Shown in pieces: positions 9,768 through 19,167 of a DNA stretch of 43,584 bases. This stretch comes from Thermoprotei archaeon (GTDB lineage: Archaea > Thermoproteota > Thermoprotei > Thermoproteales > B15-G16). The stretch is from positions 1 through 43,584 of the forward strand of contig QMRC01000015.1 in the NCBI GenBank assembly GCA_003649205.1. Direction: 5' to 3'. The translations under genes and the position numbers were made by a program. The number at the start of each line of letters is the position of its first letter. The stretch's first letter is position 1. Under the pieces are notes generated by a model. The model ran no database searches. It was not told the DNA's origin and saw nothing but the letters and a program-made list of their open reading frames with translations.

Positions 9768-10281
9768 ACTCCCTACTAAGCTTCAGTATCGTCTCTAGAT
9801 CCTTCTTCACAATGTTGTAGGTATCCTCCCTCACTTTACCTGCACTACGCATCTCATCAAGAGTTCTCAGCATTTTCTCAATATCTTCTCTTCGAAATAC
9901 GTACAGAGCATACACCGTATGCATGTGGAACTTTATCGCCTCATCGACTTCTCTAATCATACTCACGACGCTCTCTATCTCCTCCTTCACCTTCCTCATA
10001 GCATCCGTTAACTCATCAACTCTCTTACTATACTCCTCCTCAGTTACTAGACCTAATTCACGCTTAGTAGTCAGTACCTTATACTCCTCCTCAAGTAGTT
10101 CCCTCGAGAGAGTTAAATCTACAAGTTTCTCCAGAAACAGGATCTTCTCCAACTCCCACCTAGAGGCAATTTCAATGACTCTCTTACAGTAGGATTCCCA
10201 CATACTCTTCAATGTACCTATACTCGACTGGTACTTTGAGTAGAGCGACTTTATTAAGTCCATACTTATGGTATATGACAT
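9766..10281 (-). CDS. CdvA-like coiled-coil protein
   Basis: Heptad-rich; repeated motifs KRELGLVTEEEY and MRSAGKVREDTY. Confidence 0.6.
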   Translation of the reverse strand: MSYTISMDLIKSLYSKYQSSIGTLKSMWESYCKRVIEIASRWELEKILFLEKLVDLTLSRELLEEEYKVLTTKRELGLVTEEEYSKRVDELTDAMRKVKEEIESVVSMIREVDEAIKFHMHTVYALYVFRREDIEKMLRTLDEMRSAGKVREDTYNIVKKDLETILKLSRE

Positions 10282-10291
10282 AACTTACACC

Positions 10292-11023
10292 TCACTCAGG
10301 TATTAAGTACATGATTTCGCTGCGGATTTTCTCATAGGTTTGTTCATCTACCTTACCGACATTCCTCAATTCCTCGAGCTTTGTCAGTGCTAACTTGAAC
10401 TTAGCAATGTCAGGTCTAAGTAGTATGGCATGGATTCTCTTCCTATGATCTTGAAGTCTACTCTCTATCTCACGTAACTTACTAACCAAATCCTCTCTAA
10501 CCCTACTTAATTTGCTAACTTTCTCCTCATACCGCCTTAGTAACTCATCAGCTTCTTCTCCAGGTAACCTAATCAACCCAAGGGTTTTACGGACATTTAA
10601 TTCCTCAAGCTTCTGGAGGTAGAACTCCAGTAGTCTCTCTACCTTCCTCAATTCTCTCTCAATATCTTGCTTAATACGGAGCCAGTTAGACATGGTGGAT
10701 ACTATGTGCTCTGCGTAATTCCTCCACATTTCATCAGCTCTCCTAATTCTCTCTTCAACCTCACTTATGGTCCTCAGTAGTAAATCTGCCGGTGTAGAAG
10801 TAGGAGGAAACTCTACTCTTGGTGTAGCTTCCTCAACTTTCTCCTCTGGTTTTGCCTCAGCTACCTTCTCAGGTAAACCCTCCTTAGAAACTCTAGCATA
10901 CGCTGGGCACTCAACAAAATTTGATAGACATGGTTGTAGGAATGGATTAACCTCTCTACCCAGTACACGACACATGTACTTTCTCGTGTCAGGATCAACG
11001 TAGAGGTAGGGACAAACACTCAT
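10292..11023 (-). CDS. CdvA-like coiled-coil protein with an N-terminal 4-Cys domain
   Basis: CPY...C...C...CP N-terminus; LEELNVRKTLGLI and LEELRNVGKVDEQTY motifs, paralogous to the downstream gene. Confidence 0.6.
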   Translation of the reverse strand: MSVCPYLYVDPDTRKYMCRVLGREVNPFLQPCLSNFVECPAYARVSKEGLPEKVAEAKPEEKVEEATPRVEFPPTSTPADLLLRTISEVEERIRRADEMWRNYAEHIVSTMSNWLRIKQDIERELRKVERLLEFYLQKLEELNVRKTLGLIRLPGEEADELLRRYEEKVSKLSRVREDLVSKLREIESRLQDHRKRIHAILLRPDIAKFKLALTKLEELRNVGKVDEQTYEKIRSEIMYLIPE

Positions 11024-11073
11024 CTACAATCCCTAACTAGTACTGAAGAACTGGACCGAAATAAAGTATTTGC

Positions 11074-11349
11074 TTACAGAATACCTCTCCTAACTAGGTA
11101 ACTTCTTATGCTCTCATAGACGTACCCTGGATCAGAGGGTATACCTACTAAGACTTCATCACCATTAATCAACACCTTTGGGTAGGTACCGTCCTCTGGA
11201 ATATCTTTAATCCAATTAATCTCGACCTCTACATCTTCACTAAGTTCAGACCTCAGTATATCAATTACCTCAGTTAGAAACCATAGGTATAGTGTGTACG
11301 TTGCATAGTCTGTCTCAGGTCCAATCACCTTTATAGTTAGCTTCCTCAT
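11074..11349 (-). CDS. Small hypothetical protein, possibly thioredoxin-like fold without CxxC
   Basis: Overlaps the upstream gene stop in an operon; YPKVLINGDEVLVG resembles the Trx-fold cis-Pro segment. Confidence 0.6.
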   Translation of the reverse strand: MRKLTIKVIGPETDYATYTLYLWFLTEVIDILRSELSEDVEVEINWIKDIPEDGTYPKVLINGDEVLVGIPSDPGYVYESIRSYLVRRGIL

Positions 11350-12074
11350 ATTCTACCAAACTTCTTAATATACTCATCACATGCCCTAATGTAGCTATCG
11401 TAATCGCCTATATCGATAAACTCAGCATCATCAGCTATGTATCCATAAACTCTACCACTATCCTTCATAACTCGAGTAACCACTTCATCCATACCAACTA
11501 CTTCACCATCGTTTATGTACTTGAAGATCAATGGTTCGAAGACGTAGATTCCAGTATTTATGAGCATCTCTATCTCGGGTTTCTCCCTCCACTCAATAAC
11601 CTTCATATCCTCATTTAGTACTATATGTCCAAAACGAAGCTTCTCCTTATACCTTGTCAACACCATAGTGACAACAGCACCCTTTCTAAAGTGGAAGTCA
11701 ATTACGTCTCTGAGATTGAGATTTGTCACAACGTCACAGTAGGATAGTATGAATGTTTCATGGACATACGGTTCAGCTATCTTGAGCTGCCCGCCACTGC
11801 CGAGAGGTCTATCTGACCTAATGTACTTGATCCTGATACCAAACTCAGAGCCATCACCGAAGTACGACTCGATGAACTTACTTAGGTACGAGGTCAGTAC
11901 GTAAATCTCCTCAATACCATTATCTCTCATCCACTCAATAATATGTTGGAGGATAGGTTTGGTACCGAGCGGTAGCATGGGTTTTGGCATTATGTAGGTT
12001 AGAGGTCTCATTCGTGTACCTAATCCAGCAGCTAATATGACACCTACACGAACGTCTTTAGTACTCAAGCTCAA
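11346..12074 (-). CDS. Sugar-phosphate nucleotidyltransferase (NTP_transferase)
   Basis: ILAAGLGTRMRPLT..PKPMLP, PLGSGG, REKP, INTGIY, FIDIG. Confidence 0.92.
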   Translation of the reverse strand: MSLSTKDVRVGVILAAGLGTRMRPLTYIMPKPMLPLGTKPILQHIIEWMRDNGIEEIYVLTSYLSKFIESYFGDGSEFGIRIKYIRSDRPLGSGGQLKIAEPYVHETFILSYCDVVTNLNLRDVIDFHFRKGAVVTMVLTRYKEKLRFGHIVLNEDMKVIEWREKPEIEMLINTGIYVFEPLIFKYINDGEVVGMDEVVTRVMKDSGRVYGYIADDAEFIDIGDYDSYIRACDEYIKKFGRI

Positions 12075-12441
12075 TCCCTCTACCTAACTTCTTCAGCTTA
12101 TCCTTGATCTTCATTGCTTCCTTATCCATCTTCATAGCCTCCTCGACAATGTCCTTCACCTTAACCTCCTTCCTCATCTCGATACCACAGGTACCATCTG
12201 GTAGCAGTGCATGGGCTTTACAACCAGCGAACTTACACTTACCTCCTTGACAAAAATCATTAACCCAAGTGCACCAAGCTACTACATTCTTACCTCTCCT
12301 AATGATTCGAAGTGCCTTCTTAAGACAGATGAAGTTACGACAGGTAGGGTTACAAGGCTTTCTTTGAGACACTGTAATCCCCACATCCACCCTCAGTACG
12401 TATTTACGAGGTTTTATTTCTTTACTCACCAGAGAGCTCAA
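12058..12441 (-). CDS. Cys-rich hypothetical protein (putative metal binding)
   Basis: 8 Cys in about 60 aa; overlaps both neighbours; start uncertain. Confidence 0.7.
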   Translation of the reverse strand: MSSLVSKEIKPRKYVLRVDVGITVSQRKPCNPTCRNFICLKKALRIIRRGKNVVAWCTWVNDFCQGGKCKFAGCKAHALLPDGTCGIEMRKEVKVKDIVEEAMKMDKEAMKIKDKLKKLGRGIELEY

Positions 12442-13366
12442 TGCCTAAGTCACTTAGGTACTTAAGTAACTCATCTAGAACAGGTCCCGCTCTAGCGCCT
12501 TTACGCTGGATTTTTATTGAAGCCGCAGCTAGAGCTAGGTAAAGCCTAGATTCAGTACTGTACCTTCTAAGTAGTCCATAGGTGTATGCAGCATCAAACA
12601 CATCACCAGCACCTGTGGGATCAACTACATGAAGTACTGGTGGAATAGACACCTTAACACACCTAATCTGCCCCATATCCCTCCAGTACTCTGCAACTTC
12701 TCCCTTACCAATTCTAGCAACAACTACAATCTGTGGGTAATTAGCTATGAGTTTTCTAGCAGCAGACTCAACATCACTACAGCCAACCAAATTCATTAAC
12801 TCATCAGCACCTATGAAGAGGTACTTAGTGTACCTAAGTACTGGATCTAGGAAGCTCAGTCCTTTACTACAAGCTACAGGACCTGGATCGTACGATGTAG
12901 TGCATCCTCGCTCAGTTGCCACCTTAAATAGTTCGTGAAAATACTTTACCTTCGTACCCGCTGCATGTACGTGAACTACACCTACAAGTGCTCGATCTAG
13001 AGGTACTTCAGGCTCATACCTATTTGCTCCACGATAAGCGAACATAACCTTATCTCCACGTCTCTTCCTGACAACGACAATAACTAAGCCAGTGCGCTCT
13101 CCATGTACTCTCCTAACAAATGAAAGATCTACACAGTATGTCCTTAAGTCTTTCAGAGCGATGTTAGAAAGTAAGTCATCACCAATACAACCTAGAAACC
13201 TCACAGCGACACCTAGCTTAGCCAGCGCCACTGCGTAATTTGCTGCTGAACCACCACCACCAATGTAGAAATCAAGTACCTCAACCTCCCCTGTCTCAGG
13301 TATCTCATCAACAACTACTGTACAATCAACGTTTATATTACCGGATGCTAATACTATGGAGTCCAT
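12422..13366 (-). CDS. PfkB/ribokinase-family carbohydrate or nucleoside kinase
   Basis: GGSAANYA...LG, GCIGDD, YDPG, VVDPTGAGDVF; start placed at ATG 13366. Confidence 0.9.
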   Translation of the reverse strand: MDSIVLASGNINVDCTVVVDEIPETGEVEVLDFYIGGGGSAANYAVALAKLGVAVRFLGCIGDDLLSNIALKDLRTYCVDLSFVRRVHGERTGLVIVVVRKRRGDKVMFAYRGANRYEPEVPLDRALVGVVHVHAAGTKVKYFHELFKVATERGCTTSYDPGPVACSKGLSFLDPVLRYTKYLFIGADELMNLVGCSDVESAARKLIANYPQIVVVARIGKGEVAEYWRDMGQIRCVKVSIPPVLHVVDPTGAGDVFDAAYTYGLLRRYSTESRLYLALAAASIKIQRKGARAGPVLDELLKYLSDLGIELSGE

Positions 13367-13418
13367 GGTAATTTCTTCACGGAAGTAGTATAAATACCAC
13401 CTCTCACTACCCAATACG

Positions 13419-13748
13419 ATGTCTTGGAGACCTTACCTAGTCTTCTTCATACCCCTAAGAGGTAAGCTACCTACGAGGAAGAAGCTATTGTCAGTACTTA
13501 GGAAACACGATGTTAGTGACATTAGGGTAGTTGACGTACCTCTTGAGAACATGTGTACTGTTGTTGCTAGAGAGGGAGTTCACAAGTCAGATATCTGTGC
13601 TCACATTAAGCGAGCTATAAATGCTGAACTACATGTCGAGACTGTGACCATAGCTTACTCACTAGATGATGTGGAGAAGGTGTGTAAGGAATTACGTAAC
13701 CTCTTGGTAGGTATAGAAAAGTCTAAGAGTGAAGAAGTTAGTGAATAA
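13419..13748 (+). CDS. Hypothetical protein
   Basis: ORF with typical codon usage, TATAAATA about 25 nt upstream, 12 nt before the next gene. Confidence 0.6.
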   Translation: MSWRPYLVFFIPLRGKLPTRKKLLSVLRKHDVSDIRVVDVPLENMCTVVAREGVHKSDICAHIKRAINAELHVETVTIAYSLDDVEKVCKELRNLLVGIEKSKSEEVSE

Positions 13749-13760
13749 TGTTGTGAGTTT

Positions 13761-14339
13761 ATGAGTAGTGACGAGTTAACTAGGAAGTTAGCTGAGTTAA
13801 GGTCTCTGCTTGAGGAAAAGATTAGGGAACTGGAATTAGAATTAGAATTACTTAAGCTTTGTCATAGATTGGTTACAGAGGCCCTCAGTAGGAGAACGTT
13901 CAAGAGTGGTTTAGAAGTTCTTCAGGAGAGGGTAGGGGAGACTGCTAGGGTAGAGGAGAAGATTGAGAAGCCTAAAGCTATAAAGGACATCGTGGGTAGG
14001 AAGATTAGTAAGGTATTTGCTAAGGCTTACGTATACGATGACTATGTAAAGATCGTTCCAGAGGAAGAATTTAACGTAGTCACACCACCATTTCAAGCAT
14101 TCTTCATAAATAAGCTACTTGAGGAATTCAGGAAGGAGGATGAAGAGAGTGTTAAGAAAGGTAAATTACCGAGCGATAAGATTCTGAGGTACGAGATTAA
14201 GACAGATGAGAGCGGTAGGATAAAGGAGATCGTAATACACAACTACAATGACGATTTTAGGTTGAGGGAAATTCTGAGAGCACTATCGTGGACCTTTGAG
14301 AAGATGTACGTTAGGAAACACTCATCAGAAACCAGCTAA
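13761..14339 (+). CDS. Hypothetical protein with an N-terminal coiled coil
   Basis: Long ORF with PPFQAFF and LSWTFEKMY motifs; convergent overlap with the ligase gene. Confidence 0.75.
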   Translation: MSSDELTRKLAELRSLLEEKIRELELELELLKLCHRLVTEALSRRTFKSGLEVLQERVGETARVEEKIEKPKAIKDIVGRKISKVFAKAYVYDDYVKIVPEEEFNVVTPPFQAFFINKLLEEFRKEDEESVKKGKLPSDKILRYEIKTDESGRIKEIVIHNYNDDFRLREILRALSWTFEKMYVRKHSSETS

Positions 14340-16138
14340 GCTTCTCTCACTACCTTCTTTTGCCTCTTGTACATCTCGATTATCTCCTTAACTGTTGTTG
14401 CTTGCTCTGGTTTCTTATCAAATCTCCACCTACCTGTGAACCTAGGGAATCTTATAGCTAGACCAACACCCTCCTTGATAGCACCGTAACCACAGGTATG
14501 CAGTGGGCTCAGCGTAATTTCAGCACCTATCACCTCAAGGACTATAGCAGGTACAAACCAGACATCTGCCTCAATCTTTGAGTCTACTCTTGGGTGTTTA
14601 TGAGGTATTACGTATGGCTTAAAGATCTCCGGTAATCTAGCTAGATCCTCATCAGTAAACCCACTACCGCACTTACACACAGTCTTGAAGGTGTCGGTCT
14701 CTGGATCGTATGCAGCCAGCAGTAAGGCTCCATAGGTACCACCTCTCTTACCCTTACCCCAGAACGCACCTACAGCAACTAAATCAACTGTATCTGTCAT
14801 CTCGCTCCTGTAATCTCTCTTGAACTTAATCCAGAGCCAACCCCTTGCACCCATCTGATATATGGAATCACCCTTCAGTGACTTACACACTAAACCTTCA
14901 CAACCTTCACTAATTGCTTCATTGAAGAAGAGTTCGAGGTCTTTCGTATTGTCCACTATCCTCCACCTAGCTAGTGATACCCTGTCTGTTTCCTCAACTA
15001 TCTCAATTAGCTTCTTCTTACGCATGAGAAGTGGTGCATCTGTTAGCTCTTCACCATCAACGTATAGACAATCGAAGAGAAAGAGCTTTACTGGGTACAT
15101 CCTCATAGCTTCCTCAACATTGTGCTTCCTCCTTCTATGCATTAGTTCTTGAAATGGTAGTAACTCATCTGTCTCTGGGTTATAAGCTACGATCTCACCT
15201 TCAATAATTGCTTCCTTAGACTTAATGTGCTTCCTAACTAGCTCGCACACATCTGGAAATGCGTGTGTTAGGTTCTCCAGTCTCCTACTGTAGATCACCA
15301 CCTTGTCACCTATCTTATGTATCTGTGCTCTCTCACCATCGTACTTGTACTCAGCAATGCACCTACCACCTAACTTAGCCAGTATCTCTGACGATGAACT
15401 TAACCTCTCAGCTAACATGGGGAGTACAGGAACTCCAGGAGTTATTCTGAACTTCTTAATGCCTTCGATGCCTTCTCGGACTAGTACCTTAGCTATATAC
15501 CCTAGATCTGGATGTACATTGTATGCTCTCTCTAAGATGTCTCTCCTAGCCTTACCACCTGCGAAGGCCTCGGCTAGTGCATCTAGTATAGTCATGTCAG
15601 CAACTCCTAGCCTCAATCTCCCTGTCACAAATCTTAGTATATACTTAGCTTCTCTTGGCGATGCCTCACTGAGAAGAGATGCTAAGAGTGAAATCTTCGT
15701 ATCTTGTGCACCTTCACCAGTAGCTTTAGCTATCTTCATCAAGGTATCGTAGACTCTACCCATGGTTAGTTCGCGAGTAGTAGCCCCTGTAGCACCCAAG
15801 AAATCCAGTATTGAGGTACCTCTCCTCTTACTAGTTAGAACTCTCTCAGCAGCTTCACCTAAATCACCAATCTTCTTGTAAGTCTCCTCAATAGTCCTCA
15901 AACTAACACCGCTAGCTATTGAGAGAGCCCTCATAGCTAACTTCTCACCAATACCAAGTTCCAGACCAACCCAATCAGGTAGTAGCTGACCTTGAATGAA
16001 GTAAATTACCTTATCAATTACCTCGGATGGTGTCTTCTTAAAGAGTAAAACTAGTAACTTCGTCATTTCTGTTCTCTTCGAAGTAGACTCAATAGCTTCC
16101 AGTATCTTGACAACTTCTGAAAACTTAATATCTGCCAC
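14336..16138 (-). CDS. lig: ATP-dependent DNA ligase
   Basis: [42 protein letters not shown]. Confidence 0.97.
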   Translation of the reverse strand: MADIKFSEVVKILEAIESTSKRTEMTKLLVLLFKKTPSEVIDKVIYFIQGQLLPDWVGLELGIGEKLAMRALSIASGVSLRTIEETYKKIGDLGEAAERVLTSKRRGTSILDFLGATGATTRELTMGRVYDTLMKIAKATGEGAQDTKISLLASLLSEASPREAKYILRFVTGRLRLGVADMTILDALAEAFAGGKARRDILERAYNVHPDLGYIAKVLVREGIEGIKKFRITPGVPVLPMLAERLSSSSEILAKLGGRCIAEYKYDGERAQIHKIGDKVVIYSRRLENLTHAFPDVCELVRKHIKSKEAIIEGEIVAYNPETDELLPFQELMHRRRKHNVEEAMRMYPVKLFLFDCLYVDGEELTDAPLLMRKKKLIEIVEETDRVSLARWRIVDNTKDLELFFNEAISEGCEGLVCKSLKGDSIYQMGARGWLWIKFKRDYRSEMTDTVDLVAVGAFWGKGKRGGTYGALLLAAYDPETDTFKTVCKCGSGFTDEDLARLPEIFKPYVIPHKHPRVDSKIEADVWFVPAIVLEVIGAEITLSPLHTCGYGAIKEGVGLAIRFPRFTGRWRFDKKPEQATTVKEIIEMYKRQKKVVREA

Positions 16139-16217
16139 AGCAAATCACCACACTCAACTAAGAATATTTATGGGGAAAACTCTTAAAGCTACCGAAACCC
16201 TGTAGACCGGTATCTAC

Positions 16218-16763
16218 TTAGTGCTCAATACCACGTCTCTTCAGCATTAGCTCTAGGTACGTCTCCTCTACTATGTCATCAGTACCTATGCCCAACTTAG
16301 TGAGTAACTTAATCATCTCACTCTTGATAGCCTCTACAGCACTAACATCATTAGTCTCAGTCTCAATCTCAATGAAGTTACCTAATCCCTTAACTGAATC
16401 GAGATTTATAGTGTAGAAACCGTATGTATACACTTCCCTCTCCTTCTCTACTCTAAGAAACTCCGTGAAGCCGAGTGACTTCAGTAAATCAAGCATTTTC
16501 TCCCATGGCTCAACCCTTACATTAATTTCTACTCTTGCCTTCACATCTCTGAAGATCCTAGGTCCCTTGTAGGTAAGGACCCCCTCACCATTTACAATTC
16601 TTAGTCTCAATGCCTCATCAGTTGACTTGAAGTCTCTACTTGGGTGAGATAGGTATACGTCAACGTGGTACTCTCTACGTATTAACTTAGCACCTAGATC
16701 TCTCAACCTTGCAGCTACAGCTCCTCTATCTAGAACCCTAGCCTTAATCTCTACCTCAATCAT
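16218..16763 (-). CDS. cyaB: CYTH-domain protein (class IV adenylate cyclase-like)
   Basis: MIEVEIK, DEALRLR, LTYKGP, VEKERE, GLGNFIEIE; start at ATG 16763. Confidence 0.9.
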   Translation of the reverse strand: MIEVEIKARVLDRGAVAARLRDLGAKLIRREYHVDVYLSHPSRDFKSTDEALRLRIVNGEGVLTYKGPRIFRDVKARVEINVRVEPWEKMLDLLKSLGFTEFLRVEKEREVYTYGFYTINLDSVKGLGNFIEIETETNDVSAVEAIKSEMIKLLTKLGIGTDDIVEETYLELMLKRRGIEH

Positions 16764-16777
16764 GGTAGAAGACCCTA

Positions 16778-17065
16778 TTAATTCTTCAAGTAGACGTGAG
16801 TTCCGAGTGCTTGACCTGGTAGTGCTTTCTTGAAGACCGCAACTACGCAACCAGCTGTTCCATGAGTCTTCACGATCTTTCCGGTAATTTCCTTACCTGT
16901 TGAAGTCTTCCAAATTACCTTTCTACCAATTAGCTTACTAGCTGCCGCTTCATCGTCAATACCCGGGAACTTCAGTATCACGTACCTTGGGTAGCTCTGT
17001 GCGCCTAGCATGAAGTTGACTACGTAGCCTACTCTAGGTAGCTCCTTACTCATTCTGAACCCCAT
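16778..17065 (-). CDS. rpl35ae: 50S ribosomal protein L35Ae (eL33)
   Basis: ASKLIGRKVIW...GKIVKTHG..G.V...F.KALPGQALG. Confidence 0.92.
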   Translation of the reverse strand: MGFRMSKELPRVGYVVNFMLGAQSYPRYVILKFPGIDDEAAASKLIGRKVIWKTSTGKEITGKIVKTHGTAGCVVAVFKKALPGQALGTHVYLKN

Positions 17066-17120
17066 GGTGTGTTAGTGCGCAGGTTTATAAGAAATTCTTT
17101 AAACTACGGTTCAGAGAGCT

Positions 17121-17879
17121 ATGGTCTGTGTAGTGTTTCTTGGTCCTGCGGGTTCTGGAAAGACTACACTAACTAAGACCTTCGGTACGTGGTTGGAGAA
17201 GAGCTTTGAGTACAGGGTAGCGTACGTAAACCTTGATCCAGGAGCTGAAGAAGTACCTTACAGACCGAGCTTCGACATTCGAACCATGATTAGGCTAGTT
17301 GATGTAATGAGGAAATATGGGCTAGGACCTAATGGAGGTATGATAAAGTGCATGGACTTAATGCTAGAGAAATCAGACTACATAGTCAATAGGATAGTTG
17401 AGCTAGATAGAGAGAGCGATTTCGTCCTGGTAGATACTCCAGGACAGATGGAGCCCTTCGTCTTTAGATCTACAGGACCTGCACTCATAGGTAAACTCTC
17501 TCACCTCACTAATTGTGTAGGAGTCATAGTGTTGGATCCGCTCCTCGCTGAGAGAGCACCTGGATTAGTAACGGTTGCATTACTGATGTTACTCATACAG
17601 ATTAGGCTTGGTATCAAGTGTATAGCTGTGATAAATAAGGCTGATCTTACTGAAAAGGTGGAGATAATGGAGTTAATGACTGATCTAGGTAAGTTAGAGG
17701 AAGAGTTACTTGAGGAGAGTAGTGTCGAAGCTGATGTAGCTAGGGGCTGTATAGAGATAGTAAAGGTAGCGATGCCACCCTCTAGAGTAGTCCTGGTATC
17801 AGCTAAGGATGGTACGGGAATGAGTGATCTATACTCGATACTTCACGAAGTGTACTGTGTATGTGGTGATTTAACATAG
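17121..17879 (+). CDS. GPN-loop GTPase
   Basis: GPAGSGKTT, NLDPG, GLGPNG, DTPGQME, NKAD, VSAK; C-terminal CVCGDL. Confidence 0.93.
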   Translation: MVCVVFLGPAGSGKTTLTKTFGTWLEKSFEYRVAYVNLDPGAEEVPYRPSFDIRTMIRLVDVMRKYGLGPNGGMIKCMDLMLEKSDYIVNRIVELDRESDFVLVDTPGQMEPFVFRSTGPALIGKLSHLTNCVGVIVLDPLLAERAPGLVTVALLMLLIQIRLGIKCIAVINKADLTEKVEIMELMTDLGKLEEELLEESSVEADVARGCIEIVKVAMPPSRVVLVSAKDGTGMSDLYSILHEVYCVCGDLT

Positions 17880-17881
17880 AG

Positions 17882-18637
17882 TTACGTCATGACCTCGATA
17901 CCAACTTGCCTACATATTTCTGAAACTAGTTCGGGATACTTCTTCTTGACAATAGGATTTAGGTAAACCATCCTCTCAATAACTTCTCCCTCAGGTTCAA
18001 GCTCGTAGAAGATCTGTGCTTGGAATACATATACCTTGACATCACCTCCCTTCCAAGCACTTGGTGGTAACCCAGCTCTAGTACAGGCCTCAGAGAGCAA
18101 AGTCTCAACATCCCATTCGTACTGAATAGCAACCTGTGGAAGGACAATACCTCTTCTCGAGTTCTTCTCTACCAAAACTCCGTGTACACCAAGTACTATG
18201 TTCTCCAGGTACTCAAGTGGTGAAGAGACTTGAAGAAGAGAAGGTTTTGAGAGAACACTCACCTCGAAGACAACATCCTTCAACTCACTAAGTGTTAGTG
18301 GTTGAAACCTGGGATCCTCTGTAGCTGCATATATCGCGGCTAAGATCGTAGAGTGAGTAAGTGGGCAATTAGCTTCTGGAAAACCAACTCTACCCCTTAA
18401 ACTCCTAAAGAAAATACCATCCTTACCTTGGACAATCTTCTCAATAGTGACAAAAACACCAAATCTCTCATTCCGTAACTTACTTGGAGCATCTCTTGGC
18501 TCAATAACTCTACCAAAGGATAGGTACTCCGTAACAGCTGCTCTAGCTAACTTAACCAAGTACTTACCTTCCTCAAGAGTGAGAGGACGAAATAGCTTAA
18601 GCCCCTTCACCATACCTAGGTCACGATAACTATACAT
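17882..18637 (-). CDS. AMMECR1-domain protein (AmmeMemoRadiSam protein A)
   Basis: GVFVT, LRGRVG (canonical LRGCIG), DPRF, EVSVLS, LPQVA, FQAQIF. Confidence 0.9.
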   Translation of the reverse strand: MYSYRDLGMVKGLKLFRPLTLEEGKYLVKLARAAVTEYLSFGRVIEPRDAPSKLRNERFGVFVTIEKIVQGKDGIFFRSLRGRVGFPEANCPLTHSTILAAIYAATEDPRFQPLTLSELKDVVFEVSVLSKPSLLQVSSPLEYLENIVLGVHGVLVEKNSRRGIVLPQVAIQYEWDVETLLSEACTRAGLPPSAWKGGDVKVYVFQAQIFYELEPEGEVIERMVYLNPIVKKKYPELVSEICRQVGIEVMT

Positions 18638-19163
18638 ACACTACGTGACATTTAATGGTTTTTGCCCGCAATCTAATTCTCTTCAGAAATTCACGAATAT
18701 TTCTATGGTGAGAACCACACCAGTACACAGCACCACAATACCTACAAACCCAAAACTCAGTAAATCTCCTCAGGGAACCAGTAGCAACTCTATCAACTAG
18801 CTCTTCCCTTGGAACGAACACTAGAGGAGCACCACACCTAGAGCACCTAGCTCTTCTAGGATCTACCTCTAGCTCTATATGGAAGGTCTCACAAATGAAT
18901 GCAAGCAACTCATCAAGTTCACCACCTTCCTGATATATCACAGGTAACTTAAGTTCAATACATCTACACCACAGACCTCTATCCCTAGTTACGACAACCC
19001 TAGATTCACGAACTGCCATCTCAACAATATCTTCATCACAGAGATCAGGTACGTACTTAGCATCCACCCCCAGCATCCACAACCAACGAGCTAAATCGCC
19101 GAGCATAGCATCAACAACGAATTTAGGATCAAAAGCAGAGACACGAGAGGATACGTAGATCAA
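18630..19163 (-). CDS. Mut7-C RNase-domain protein (PIN fold plus Zn ribbon)
   Basis: FVVDAMLG.LARWL..LG.D, TRDR, RCSRCG...FWVCRYCG.VYW.GSH. Confidence 0.88.
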   Translation of the reverse strand: MIYVSSRVSAFDPKFVVDAMLGDLARWLWMLGVDAKYVPDLCDEDIVEMAVRESRVVVTRDRGLWCRCIELKLPVIYQEGGELDELLAFICETFHIELEVDPRRARCSRCGAPLVFVPREELVDRVATGSLRRFTEFWVCRYCGAVYWCGSHHRNIREFLKRIRLRAKTIKCHVVYV

Positions 19164-19167
19164 GAAG

